A stretch of 64,000 nucleotides of DNA from Planctomycetota bacterium (GCA_965228735.1 OZ245838.1:3360001-3424000); one strand, 5' to 3'. Shown: positions 1 to 10,224, numbered from the stretch's first letter. Translations and numbers: made by a program. The notes: generated from the sequence alone by a model not told the origin.

Positions 1-597
1 GTGCGCGCCGCTGCCGCACGCCTTCTTGTCCGTCCGCCAGCTCGCCGGCACCTTCGGATCCGCGAGCCAGTCCTGCAGGTAGACCGCGCGCACCTGGCGG
101 ACCGCCCCGATGTCGCCGCGCGCGACCATCTTCGCGGCCAGCGCGGTCGCCGGCGCGCGGCGGTAGTTGTGCCACAGGCCGACCCGCACCCGCTGCTTCT
201 TCGCGAGCGCGGCCATCGCCTTGGCCTCCGTGAACGTCATCGCCAGCGGCTTCTCGCAGAGCACGTTCTTCTTGGCCTGCAGCGCCGCCATCGTGATCGG
301 GTAGTGGCTGTCATTGGGCGTCGCGACATCGACGACATGGATGTCGGGATCGGCGAGCACGGCGTCGAGGTCCGTCGTCGCGGACTCGAAACCGAGCTTC
401 TGCGCCGCGGCAGCCGCGCGCTTCCGATCCCGCCCGACGATCACCTTCGGCACGATCTGGAACGGCAGATCGAAGAACCGGTTGGCCTGCCGGGCAGCGT
501 TGGCATGGGCCCGGCCCATGAAGGCGTGGCCGACCATGGCGATGTTGAGAACGGACCTGCTGCGCTGGGCAGCGTTCGATTGCGACGCGAGGCTCAT
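1..597 (-). CDS. Gfo/Idh/MocA family oxidoreductase (3' end beyond window)
   Basis: My translation of the minus strand from ATG 597: MSLASQSNAAQRSRSVLNIAMVGHAFMGRAH...VDVATPNDSH...VLCEKPLA...HNYRR...YLQDW; Rossmann start and EKP motif. Absent from the ORF track because it runs off the edge. Confidence 0.9.
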   Translation of the reverse strand, partial: MSLASQSNAAQRSRSVLNIAMVGHAFMGRAHANAARQANRFFDLPFQIVPKVIVGRDRKRAAAAAQKLGFESATTDLDAVLADPDIHVVDVATPNDSHYPITMAALQAKKNVLCEKPLAMTFTEAKAMAALAKKQRVRVGLWHNYRRAPATALAAKMVARGDIGAVRQVRAVYLQDWLADPKVPASWRTDKKACGSGAH

Positions 598-639
598 GGG
601 CCGCGCACGATACGCACCGGCACCGCGCCGCGCGACCGC

Positions 640-3600
640 TTATCGGGCGCCGCCGAAGAGGACGCGGACGTTGCGATCCAGCGGTCCGAAGTTGGTATCC
701 CAGCCGATGAACAGATCCAGCACCCGGTCGCCGTTGTAGTCGCCGAGGTCGAGCGCCATCGCCGCGGCGCGATCGCCGAGGCGCGAGGGGGACACGAAGC
801 GCGCATCGCCGAAGACGCCGGGCTCGGTGCTCAGGTAGAACGCGACCGCGGTCGTCGTCGGAAGGGCGGCGTCATCCGTGATCGCGATCACCACGTCGAT
901 CGCGCCGTCACCGTTCACGTCGCCGAGCGCGAGCCGGGTCGGGTCACCGGGCACGATCGCCCGCGGTGACGAGAGGCTCTCCTGGAACGCCGCGACATCC
1001 ACCTCGGCGCCGGGTCCCGCGACCGGCTGCGCGACGTTGCGATACACCCGCAACGTGCTGTCACCCGCAGCGGCAACGAGCAGGTCGATGCTGCCGTCGC
1101 GATCGAAGTCGTCGGCGACGATCCGGGTCGGCGCGCTGCCCGCGACGAGGAATCGCGGCCCGGGCTGCACGAAGCTCGGCACGAAGCGGTCCTCGGCCGG
1201 CGACCCGCCGGGCAGGTACCGGAAGAACCGCACGTGGTCGCCATCCAGCGGATCGCCCACGGTCGCAAACGGCACGGCGAGCGCGAGCTCGAGTTCACGG
1301 AACCCGATCGAGTTCGCCACGAAGTCGCCGAGCGCGAAGTCCGTCGCTTCTCCGTGCACCACGGTCGCCGCGATCGGATCGTGGAACGGGGTCTGACCCG
1401 GCGTCGGGTTCGCGCGGCCGCGCAGCAGGACGAGCAGCGCGGTGTCGGCAGCCGGCGGCACTGCGAAACGCAGCAGCGCGGTGACGTCGTAGATGCCGTC
1501 GCCATCGACGTCCGCAACCTCGACGATCGAGTTCGCGGACAGCGTCGCCGTGCGCAGTTCCGGCTTCGGACTGATCGCGCGAAGCTCGGAGGTGAAGCTC
1601 AGCTCGAGCGGCGTCTGGTACGGCCGCCAATACCCGAGCCGCGACTGCGCGTCGAAGAAGACGAGGGCCTCGACCGTTCCCGGGTCCGCCGGCACGCGCT
1701 TGACCGTCGTCGGGACGATGTTCGGAGCGGACAACGAGCCACCGGGAATCGGGAAACCGCCGGACCCGTCGTTCTCGAGCAGATCGATGCCGCCGGCTCG
1801 CCCCACCGCCAGATCACGCACGCTGTCCTCGCCGGCGATCGCCGGGTCGCTCCAGTTGCCGCCGACGATCGCCTGGACCTGCTCGTTCCAGCGGCCGCCA
1901 CCGTCCGGCGGCAGGAGCACCGGCCCTTGCTGCGCGTTGAACACGAGCAGCGTCGACAGTCGACGCTCGATCTCGCCGTCGACGAGGCTCTCGTGCACGG
2001 CGAACACCGCCTGGGCGCCACGCGGCAGGGACGGCGACGCCGGGAACGCGCGACTGAAGTCCAACGAGCGCACGGTCCGGATCTCCGTGCCATCGTCCGG
2101 GATGCCGCCCGACACGGGGAAGAAGCCCGAGCCCGTGAACTCGAACACACCGACCGAAACGACGGTGGCGAACACCTCGTCACGGATCGCGACGACGAGT
2201 TCGAGTTCTTCGGAACTCTCACCGTCGAGGTCGGCGATCAGGCTCGTGCCACGCGGATCGGCGCCGAGCGGAAAGACGGACACCGGACCTTCGTACGACC
2301 GCGGCACGCTCTGCTGCAGGGTCGCGATGAGCGCCTGCGGATCGGCCCCGACGCCGTCGTCGTCACCGCCGAGCACGAGCCCGAGCGATTGGTGCGGTTC
2401 GTCGCCGCAGGCATGCAGCCCGATCGCGGGCGAACCGGGATCGGGCGTGTAGCCGGGCACCGCGAGGTCGAGCTCGACCGCGGGATCGAACGTGCCATCG
2501 CCACGGCCATAGGCGACGTCGAGGCGCATCTGCACCCCATCGGTGACGGCGACATCGAGGAACCCGTCACCGTCGAGATCGGCGACCTCGACGGCCTGGT
2601 ACTCCATCGCGCGCACGGGCACGTCGATCGGCTGCGCGAACCCGGGCTGCCCCACGCCGAGGGGCCGTGACAGCAGGACCTGCGGCCTCACGGCGGGCCC
2701 GGCGCCCGGTCCGGGCACGAGCAGCAGGTCATCGAGGCCGTCGCCGTCGAACTTCCCGATCCGGCACGAGGCCATGCCGGCCGCCCCCGACACCCGGTGC
2801 AGCGCGCCGAGCGGGGTCGCGGGCTTGGCCTGCCCGAGCACCACGTGGTGCACGGCGTCGAGCTCGCCCGCGTTGACGACGAACAGGTCGGGGATCGCGT
2901 CACCGTCGAAGTCCGCGGCGCACAGGTCGCGCGGGTTGCGTTCGGCCGCGACCTCCGGGTCGCCGATCCGGCGGCGCGCGCCGAAGCGCAGGAACATGCC
3001 GTTCTCGAGCGCGACGAGCAGCTGCACGAAGCCGGCTCCCGCTTCCTCGGTCAGCACGGCGAAGTCGGGCGCATCGGTCGTGATCGGCGCGTTGTCGATC
3101 GCGATCGGCGCGACGGACACGGGAAACTGGTCGAGCACGGCACCGCGCGGTCCGAAGAACGGATCGGGGTTCGCGAACAGGAACACCTGGCTCGCGACGA
3201 CCGGCGCGGTGACCTCGCCGAGGTCGACACCGAGCTCGATGTCGACCTGACCGGGCCGACCGTCGGGCGACGCCGGCATGCGGAACACGAGCCGGTCGAG
3301 CCCCGAGATCTCCTCACGAAAGTCCTCGCGCGCGAGATCGACCCGCCGCTCGCCCTTGGTGAAGGACAACTCGACGCCGTCGAACGACAGCTGCGGCGGG
3401 TTCACGGAGAAGTCGTAGGTCGCGAGCGCCGTGCCGATGAGCGTGACGAGATTGCCGCCCGTCGTGACGCCCTGGCTCGGCAGCGCGAGCGTGATCTCGG
3501 GCCGGTAGTGCACCAGCACGCGCGTCGACTCGCCCGCCACCGCATCGCGCACGAACAGCTCGGCGCGATCGGCGAACCCGTGACCGGGAACGGTCGCGGT

Positions 3601-4324
3601 CAGGGTCGCAACGCCCACCCCGGTCGCCGTCACGTCGAGGTTGGAACACGGCCGCACGAGGATCGCCGGGCGCGCCCGTGGGGTCCGCGTTCGCGGGGTC
3701 GCGCGTGGCGACCAGCATCTCGAGGTTCTCGGGCTCGACGGATGGCAACCCACTCACGACGAGCGTGACGGTCTCGCCGAGCGGCGACAGGAACTTCGTC
3801 TCGCCGAGGATCGGGTCGAACTCGAACCGTGGCTGACGCACGAGAACGATCGGCACGGGCGCCGCGATCGCGACACCGTCGACGAGGACCGACAGCTCCG
3901 CGTCGACGTCGCCGGACGCCGGATTGCCGATCACGGCGCGGATCGGCGCCGTGTCGAGCCCGAACGTGATCGACGTCGATCCGCCCTGGCCCGCGATCGA
4001 CGGCGCGGGCTGGTCGACGACGACACCCGCGGCGGCGATCGTCACGCGCACGGGCGCGGACGCCGGGATCTGCGCGTTGGCGACGACGACCGTGCGCGTG
4101 GAGCCCGGGACCGGCGCGAGCGGCAGGAGCGGCGAGAGCGTGAGCTCGGGCGGACGCAGCTCCGGGGTCTCGCTGCCGTTGTTCTCGTTCGCCGCGATGC
4201 CGGTGATGAGGCCGGCTCCACACGCAGCGAGCGGCAGCAGCGCCACGAGTGCCAACCACGACCGGACCGGTCTCGGGCCACGGCGACGCCGGGCGCGGAA
4301 GCGCGTTCTCGAGCAGGGAGGCAT
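640..4324 (-). CDS. Large lipoprotein with IPT/TIG-like domain and FG-GAP/VCBS repeats; split by a single-base frameshift near 3660-3690
   Basis: ORF 3314..4396 supplies the signal peptide and lipobox (LLPLAAC) and a protein-like N-terminus up to ADPTGAP. ORF 640..3753 continues (PAILVRPC...) with PSQGVTTGGNLVTLIG (IPT-like) and many DFDGDxxxD repeats. Removing one base gives 1228 codons. Confidence 0.75.
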
Positions 4325-4429
4325 ACCCGAGAAGTCTACCCGGTCGAGCGCATCGCGGCGGCGATGGGGCCCGGCGCGCCGTGATCGCGATGGCACGGGA
4401 TCGACCGCGCCCCGAAGGCGGCCAGCGCG

Positions 4430-4846
4430 CTAGAGCGCCAGGTGCTGCTCGAACATCGCCGTGAGGTCGCCGGCGACCTCGTCGGGCCGGCGACCCTCGA
4501 TACGCTGCCGCGTCAGGAGGTCGACGAGCCGCCCCCCGCGAACGAGCGCGACCGCGGGACTCGACGGCGGCGCGTCCGCGAAGTGTGACCGCGCCTGCGC
4601 CGTCGCGGCCGCGTCCTGACCGGCGAACACGGTCGCCAGTCGGGCCGGGCGAAGCCCGCTCTGCATCGCGAGCACGATGCCCGGTCGAGCGGAGCGGGCG
4701 GCGCAATCGCAGACCGAGTTGAAGACGAGCAACCCGCTCCCCGCGTCGCTCATCCACGCATCGACGTCCGCCGCCGTCCGCAGCTCGCGCGCACCGATGC
4801 GCACGAGCTCGTCACGCATCGGCTGCACGAGGTCTCGCGGATACAC
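4430..4846 (-). CDS. BrxA/BrxB (YphP/YqiW) family bacilliredoxin-like protein
   Basis: VQPMRDEL...NSVCDCAARSARP...TVFAGQD..AT..AR...PPSSPAVAL...R..IEG family signature; GTG start at 4846. Confidence 0.88.
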   Translation of the reverse strand: MYPRDLVQPMRDELVRIGARELRTAADVDAWMSDAGSGLLVFNSVCDCAARSARPGIVLAMQSGLRPARLATVFAGQDAAATAQARSHFADAPPSSPAVALVRGGRLVDLLTRQRIEGRRPDEVAGDLTAMFEQHLAL

Positions 4847-4893
4847 GCCGAGCACGATACGGCAACGCGCCCGATCGGCGCGGACAATCCCGC

Positions 4894-5493
4894 TCAGCCA
4901 GCGGCCGCCAGCGCGGCCTCGATCGCGGCCTGCGTCTGCTTGCCGCGCAGGCCGAATCGCACGACGCCCTGCGCGTCGACGACGTAGGTCACCGGCGTGA
5001 CCTGCGACCACGCGACCTTGTGGAACTCGTCCATGAACTTCGCGTCCGCCATGAGGATCGGTCGCGCGTAGTTCTTGCGTTCGATCGTCGCCGTCGTGAG
5101 CTCGTCGTCGAACTCCATGACGACGTCCGTCATGACGTGTAACAGCACGACGTCGGCGGGCAGCGCGGCCTCGAGCGCGCGAATCTCCGGCGCCTCGATC
5201 TCACACGATCCACAGCGCGACCGGAAGAAGTGCAGCACGGCCCGGCGACCCTGCAGGTCGGCGTGCGTCCACTCCTTGCCGGTGCGGTCCGCGAGCCGGA
5301 ACTCGGGAACGGGTCGGTCGACGGCGTTCTCGATGAGGCCATCGACGTGCGCCCGCACGGCGGCCATGACACCGAAGTAGGCGGCGACGACCACGCCGAT
5401 CCCGATCACGGCAACGAGCGGACCGCGGCGGCGGCTGCGGCGACGCGGGGCGTTCGGCGGCTGCTGGGCTTCTGGCTGGGAAGAGTCGCTCAT
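4894..5493 (-). CDS. TlpA/ResA-like membrane-anchored thioredoxin-fold protein
   Basis: One N-terminal TM helix; PEFRL..., CGSCEIE CxxC, TPVTYVVDAQGVVR cis-Pro loop. Confidence 0.8.
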   Translation of the reverse strand: MSDSSQPEAQQPPNAPRRRSRRRGPLVAVIGIGVVVAAYFGVMAAVRAHVDGLIENAVDRPVPEFRLADRTGKEWTHADLQGRRAVLHFFRSRCGSCEIEAPEIRALEAALPADVVLLHVMTDVVMEFDDELTTATIERKNYARPILMADAKFMDEFHKVAWSQVTPVTYVVDAQGVVRFGLRGKQTQAAIEAALAAAG

Positions 5494-5542
5494 GTCCGAG
5501 TGCTACGACGCGGGCCGGGGAAAGTCACGAAAACGGGTCCAC

Positions 5543-6553
5543 TCACCCACCACGCACGAGGTCGACGAGTTCGGTCGCCGGGGTCGGGCGACGCCCCAGG
5601 GGCCGCCGGTAGATCGCGAACAACGCCCCGGCCGGCACGAGGTCGACGGGCAGCCGGCGCAGGGCCGCCCCCCGTTCTCGCGCGAGCACGTCGGGCAGCA
5701 CCGCGAGCAGCGGCAGCGCCACGCAGATCTCGAGACCGACGCGCACCTGGTCGACGACCATCGCGATCGTGCGCGGCATTGTGCCGGGCCAGCCGTCGAC
5801 CGAGACCCGCGCGCCGTCGCCCGGCGCGGCGACGAACTCCGCGCCCTCGAGGTCGTCGAGCGTGACGTTCTCCTGCTCGAACAGCGGGTGCGCGCGGCCG
5901 CAGTAGACGCCGCGCGAGATCGTCGTGACCTGTTCGGTCACGAGGCCATCGTGCGAGACCTCGGCTTCCTGGAACGCAACGTCGAGTCGACCGCCCAGCA
6001 GGTCCTGCGCCGTGCGCGACGCGTCCGGCGAGATCACGTGCGGCACGAGCTCGGGATGACGCGCCCGCAGTTCCGCGAGTCGGGGCGCGACGACCGCGGT
6101 CGTGCCCGCCCCGCTGCTCGCGACCTTGAAGTCACCGCGATGCCCCGCGCCCGCGATCCGCACCACGCCGTCCTCGACCCAGCGCATCGAATCGCGCACC
6201 GCCGCGAGCAGGAGCCGCCCGTTCGCGTCGAGCCGCAGGTTGCGGCCCGTGCGTTCGAACAACGGCTTGCCGAGCGCGCGCTCGAGCCCGGCGATCGCGC
6301 GCGAGACCGTCGACGGGGTCACCCCCAGCACCTCGGCCGCCGTCGGCAGGTGCTCGCTCTCCGCCACGACGCGGAACGCCGGCAGGAAGGCCCAGAGCGG
6401 CGCGATCCGCCGCAGTCGCTCGGCATTCGGGTTCGAATCCCTCGGATTCGAACGGGTCGGGTTCGAATCCCTCGGATTCGAACTGGTCGGGTTCGAACTC
6501 TGGTTCGAACTGGTCGGGCTCGAATCGTTCGTTGCGCTCACCGCAACAGACAT
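5543..6553 (-). CDS. LysR family transcriptional regulator with repetitive N-terminal extension
   Basis: FRVVAESEHLPTAAEVLGVTPSTVSRAIAGLERALGKPLFERTGRNLRL HTH plus substrate-binding domain; divergent from the lactonase gene. Confidence 0.9.
   Translation of the reverse strand: MSVAVSATNDSSPTSSNQSSNPTSSNPRDSNPTRSNPRDSNPNAERLRRIAPLWAFLPAFRVVAESEHLPTAAEVLGVTPSTVSRAIAGLERALGKPLFERTGRNLRLDANGRLLLAAVRDSMRWVEDGVVRIAGAGHRGDFKVASSGAGTTAVVAPRLAELRARHPELVPHVISPDASRTAQDLLGGRLDVAFQEAEVSHDGLVTEQVTTISRGVYCGRAHPLFEQENVTLDDLEGAEFVAAPGDGARVSVDGWPGTMPRTIAMVVDQVRVGLEICVALPLLAVLPDVLARERGAALRRLPVDLVPAGALFAIYRRPLGRRPTPATELVDLVRGG
6427..6524. repeat. 15/30-bp tandem repeat built around TTCGAA, containing two perfect 10-bp hairpins
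   Basis: tcgggttcgaatccctcggattcgaac(g/t)gg at 6427-6456 and 6457-6486; TTCGAA at 6432, 6447, 6462, 6477, 6492, 6504. Confidence 0.9.
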
Positions 6554-6663
6554 ACCAAGACATTGCAAGGATCGACATGCCCCGCGCCATCTACCAGCAC
6601 CACGCGCGCCGCCGGAACCCCGCCCGCGGCGCATCCAACCCTCTCCCAAGCCAAGGTAATCGC

Positions 6664-7767
6664 ATGTCACTTCGCAACTTCAGCCTCATTCGTACCCTCG
6701 CCCTGACCGCCACCCTGGCCGCCCCGACCGCGGTCACGGCCCAGGGCTTCGGCGCCGTCTACACCCTGTCGAACGACGCGGCCGGCAACACCGTCGACGT
6801 GTCGCTGCGCCTGCCGAGCGGTCGCCTGCTGCCGTTCGCCGACTACGCGACGGGTGGGGACGGCACCGGCGCGGGCCTCGGCTCGCAGGGCGCGATCGCG
6901 CAGACGCGCAACGGTCGCTTCATCCTCGCGGTCAACGCCGGCAGCGACGAGGTCGCCGTGTTCCGCGCGTTCTTCAACGTGTTCCTGTGGCGCACCGACA
7001 CGGTGAGTTCGGGCGGCGATCAGCCGACGAGCGTCGCGGTGTCGGGTCGACTCGTCTACGTGCTCAACGCGGGCAGCGACGAGGTCACGGGTTTCCGCCT
7101 CCGGCGCTCCGGCCTCGAGGCGATTCCGGGCGCGACGTATCCCCTGAGCCAGAGCGGCGCCGCGGGCGCGCAGGTCGGCTTCAGCCCGAACGGTGAGTGG
7201 CTCGTCGTGTCGGAGCGCGCGACCAACACGCTGACCGTGTTTCTGGTCGAACCGGGCGGCACGCTCGGCACCGCGCAGCACAACACGTCGGCCGGCGACA
7301 CACCGTTCGGCTTCCAGTTCCGGAACGACGGCCTGCTCGTCGTCAGCGAAGCGTTCGGCGGCGCGCCGGGCGCGAGCGTCACGTCGAGCTACCGCGTCAT
7401 GCCGAACGGCCAGCTCATGACGATCACGGGTGCTGCCGCGACCAACCAGACCGCGGCGTGCTGGATCGCGATCCCGCGCAACGGGCGCTTCGCCTACACG
7501 ACGAACACCGCGAGCGGCACGCTCAGCGGCTACTCGATCATGGGCGGCCAGCTGAGCCTGCTCGATCCGAGCGGCGTCACGGGCGACCTCGGCGCGGCGG
7601 CGCGCCCGATCGACGCGGACTTCGATCGTTCGGGTCGTTACCTGTTCGTGCTCGATTCGGGCGGCGACGAGATCGCGACGTTCCGTCGGAGTCCGAACGG
7701 TGACCTGACGCTGCGTCCGGGTGCGATCACGCTGCCCGATGGCGCGGCCGGGTTGATCGCGCGCTGA
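6664..7767 (+). CDS. Secreted lactonase-family (6-phosphogluconolactonase-like) beta-propeller protein
   Basis: Signal peptide ending TAQ; repeated blades (AVNAGSDEV, VYVLNAGSD, FSPNGEWLVVSE, AACWIAI..NGRFAYTTN). Confidence 0.85.
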   Translation: MSLRNFSLIRTLALTATLAAPTAVTAQGFGAVYTLSNDAAGNTVDVSLRLPSGRLLPFADYATGGDGTGAGLGSQGAIAQTRNGRFILAVNAGSDEVAVFRAFFNVFLWRTDTVSSGGDQPTSVAVSGRLVYVLNAGSDEVTGFRLRRSGLEAIPGATYPLSQSGAAGAQVGFSPNGEWLVVSERATNTLTVFLVEPGGTLGTAQHNTSAGDTPFGFQFRNDGLLVVSEAFGGAPGASVTSSYRVMPNGQLMTITGAAATNQTAACWIAIPRNGRFAYTTNTASGTLSGYSIMGGQLSLLDPSGVTGDLGAAARPIDADFDRSGRYLFVLDSGGDEIATFRRSPNGDLTLRPGAITLPDGAAGLIAR

Positions 7768-7833
7768 GCGCCTCGCCATCGCGCGGGCTCACGCGGACTG
7801 GCTTTCGCCGCGCCGCCGCCGCATGCTGCTCGC

Positions 7834-8589
7834 GTGCCGCGGCGGCGTCTACGAATCGGTGGTGTTCCCTATGGCGTCGGCGCGCCGCTCGTCGGCGGCC
7901 TCGAGACCGCCGATGATGTCGACTTCGTCGCGGCCCACCCGACGACGCTGATCCCGATGCTGCGTGCGGGCGAGCTCGACACCGCGCTCGTCTCGACGAT
8001 CGAGGCGATCCGGCAGCCCGGCTATCGCATTGCGCCCGGCCTCGGAATCGCGTGCAAGACCGAGATCCGGTCGGTGCGCGCGTTCCATCGGCCAGGCCCG
8101 ATTCGCACCGTCGGTGTCGATCAGAGTTCGGCGACGTCCGTCGCGCTGCTGCGCCTGCTGCTGCAGAACGTGCGCCGTGATGCGGTGCCGGGCGGTGACG
8201 TCGGCGCACTGCAGTTCGAGACGATCGTGCCGACGCGGACGCCGGCCGACCTGCCGCACGACCTCGTGATGATGATCGGCGACATCGGCCTCGCCGCCGA
8301 CCCGGGCGATCGCGAGCCGTGGGATCTCGGCGCGGACTGGGTCGACTGGACGGGGTTGCCGTTCGTGTTCGCCGCGTGGATCACGCGCGGCGATGTCGAA
8401 CCCGAACCGCTGCTGACGGTCCTGCGCCGCGCCCGCGAGGTCGGCCGCGACATCGGCGCCGTCGACGGCACGCGCGACGCGGCGCACTACGACCTGGATG
8501 CCGACGACGCGCGTGGGTTGCGGCGGTACTGGGCGGAGTGCCGCAAAGCCGGCCTCGCGGATCACCCGGACGCCGACTGGCTGATGTGA
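7834..8589 (+). CDS. mqnA: Chorismate dehydratase MqnA-like (futalosine menaquinone pathway)
   Basis: GELDTALVS.IE, SSATSVAL, MIGD, DLGADW..WTGLPFVFAAW motifs of the MqnA/MqnD fold. Confidence 0.8.
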   Translation: MPRRRLRIGGVPYGVGAPLVGGLETADDVDFVAAHPTTLIPMLRAGELDTALVSTIEAIRQPGYRIAPGLGIACKTEIRSVRAFHRPGPIRTVGVDQSSATSVALLRLLLQNVRRDAVPGGDVGALQFETIVPTRTPADLPHDLVMMIGDIGLAADPGDREPWDLGADWVDWTGLPFVFAAWITRGDVEPEPLLTVLRRAREVGRDIGAVDGTRDAAHYDLDADDARGLRRYWAECRKAGLADHPDADWLM

Positions 8590-8664
8590 CCACAGCGTTG
8601 CATTGCGGACGCGCACCGCCCGGAAGGCCAGGGCTATGCTGACAGCTCCACCGGAGGTTGCACC

Positions 8665-10026
8665 ATGCGCACTCGTCTGCCGTCGGCCACGATCGGCCTG
8701 TCTTCGTTCGTCACCGTCCTGCTGACCGCCACGGCCGTGAGTGCCCAGACCGAGTTCTGGGTCGACCCCGTGAACGGCAGCAACGGCAACACCGGCGCCT
8801 ACGACCAGCCGCTACTGACCGTGACGACCGCGCTCTCGCTCGCGGGCGCCAACGACCGGATCATGCTGCTGCCCGGCCTCTATGGCCCCACGTTCAACGG
8901 CGAGACGTTGCCGCTGTCCGTCGGTCAGGCGACGCAGCCCGGCGTCGAGATCCGCGGCGTCGGACGCACCGGCGACGTGGTGTTCGATCTCGCTGCCGGC
9001 GCGACCGCCGTGTTCCGGCTCATGAACGGCGCGGACGGCGCGCGCATCACCAACATCACGATCCAGAACATGGATCAGGTCGGCTGGTGGACGCGCGCGA
9101 TCAACAGCGGCAGCGGCGCCAACTCGGGCAACGCGGCCGACAACGTCGAGATCGATCGCTGCCAGTTCGTCGGCATCAACCGCGGCATCGTGCTGTGGAC
9201 CGCGGACAACTGCACGGGCTGGCAGGTGCACGACAACCTGTTCGTGAACTGCGCCAACGACGCGATCCTCGAGTACGTCGGCACGAACGAGTTCTCGCAC
9301 AACACGTTCTACTCCGGCGCGCAGAAGGCCTACATCAGCGACAGCTCGACGTCGACGTTCACCAACAACCTCATCGTCAACTACAACATTGCGTTCGAGA
9401 ACAACACGCCAGGCGCGCTGCTGAGCCGCTATCAGGGCAATTGGCTGTATCAGTGCACGACGAACCAGCAGGGCGCCGGCATGACCGGCACGCTGCCCCC
9501 ATCGAACGTGATCGGTACCGACCCCTTGTTCGTCAACGCCGCCGGCGGTGACTATCACGTGCAGCCGGGCAGCCCGACGATCGATGCGGGGGTCCTCCCC
9601 GCGATCGCGGGCGCCGACCTCGACGCGGTCTCGCGCCTCGTCGACGGCGACCTCGACGGCGTGCTCGAAGCCGACATCGGCTGCTACGAGGTCACGCCGC
9701 TCGATCTCGACATCAACTACGACCGAACGAGCGGCCTCATGCTGCTCGACGGCACGACGACGTTGTCGGGCGCCTACGCGTTCGTCGTGTTCTCGTTCGA
9801 CGACGGCGTCACGAGCTTCCCGGGCCAGGGCCCGATCCTGCTCGAACAGGCGTTCGTCGTGCCGTTCACGCTGCAGGGCCCGCTGCCGCAGCAATGGGCG
9901 CTGTCGTTCGCCAGCTACACGCCCCCGCCGGGCCAACGCCTCGTCTGCCAGATCCTCGGCGTCGCGAGCCCGACGCACGTCGGCGGCGCGGTGTTCGGCG
10001 GCAACCAGGTCTGGGTGCAGCTCTAG
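8665..10026 (+). CDS. Secreted right-handed beta-helix (DUF1565/pectin-lyase-like) protein with shared C-terminal module
   Basis: SD GGAGG; signal peptide SAQ; WVDPVNGSNGNTG..PLLT, DYHVQPGSPTIDAG and DIGCYE motifs. Confidence 0.8.
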   Translation: MRTRLPSATIGLSSFVTVLLTATAVSAQTEFWVDPVNGSNGNTGAYDQPLLTVTTALSLAGANDRIMLLPGLYGPTFNGETLPLSVGQATQPGVEIRGVGRTGDVVFDLAAGATAVFRLMNGADGARITNITIQNMDQVGWWTRAINSGSGANSGNAADNVEIDRCQFVGINRGIVLWTADNCTGWQVHDNLFVNCANDAILEYVGTNEFSHNTFYSGAQKAYISDSSTSTFTNNLIVNYNIAFENNTPGALLSRYQGNWLYQCTTNQQGAGMTGTLPPSNVIGTDPLFVNAAGGDYHVQPGSPTIDAGVLPAIAGADLDAVSRLVDGDLDGVLEADIGCYEVTPLDLDINYDRTSGLMLLDGTTTLSGAYAFVVFSFDDGVTSFPGQGPILLEQAFVVPFTLQGPLPQQWALSFASYTPPPGQRLVCQILGVASPTHVGGAVFGGNQVWVQL

Positions 10027-10057
10027 CCCGGCCAGCGGCGATACCGACGGCCGGCGG

Positions 10058-10160
10058 TACCGAACCCGTTTCGAATCCGCCACCTGCGAACCGGTCGGAG
10101 CGCGGAACGGAACCAGGGTTGGAGCGCCGCGGTGATGGCGGATTCGAAGCGGGTTCGGTA
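10058..10160. repeat. 25-bp inverted repeat (1 mismatch) enclosing 53 bp, between convergent genes
   Basis: taccgaacccgtttcgaatccgcca (10058-10082) vs tggcggattcgaagcgggttcggta (10136-10160). Confidence 0.85.
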
Positions 10161-10170
10161 ACGCCAAGAA

Positions 10171-10202
10171 CGCCCGGGCTCGCGGTTTCGCGAACCCGGG
10201 CG
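10171..10202. terminator. GC-rich hairpin between convergent genes (possible terminator or 3' stabiliser)
   Basis: cgcccgggctcgcg-gttt-cgcgaacccgggcg; no poly-U tail. Confidence 0.45.
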
Positions 10203-10224
10203 TCGGCGGTCGCTCGCGCTGGAG

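Noticed and set aside
1..969. 322-aa plus-strand ORF
   Set aside because: Antisense shadow of the Gfo/Idh/MocA and FG-GAP genes; Arg-rich, no motifs
6429..6471. Possible tRNA genes or att sites (GGGTTCGAATCCC twice)
   Set aside because: No D-arm, anticodon arm, acceptor stem or CCA; lies within a tandem repeat in a coding frame; no integrase nearby
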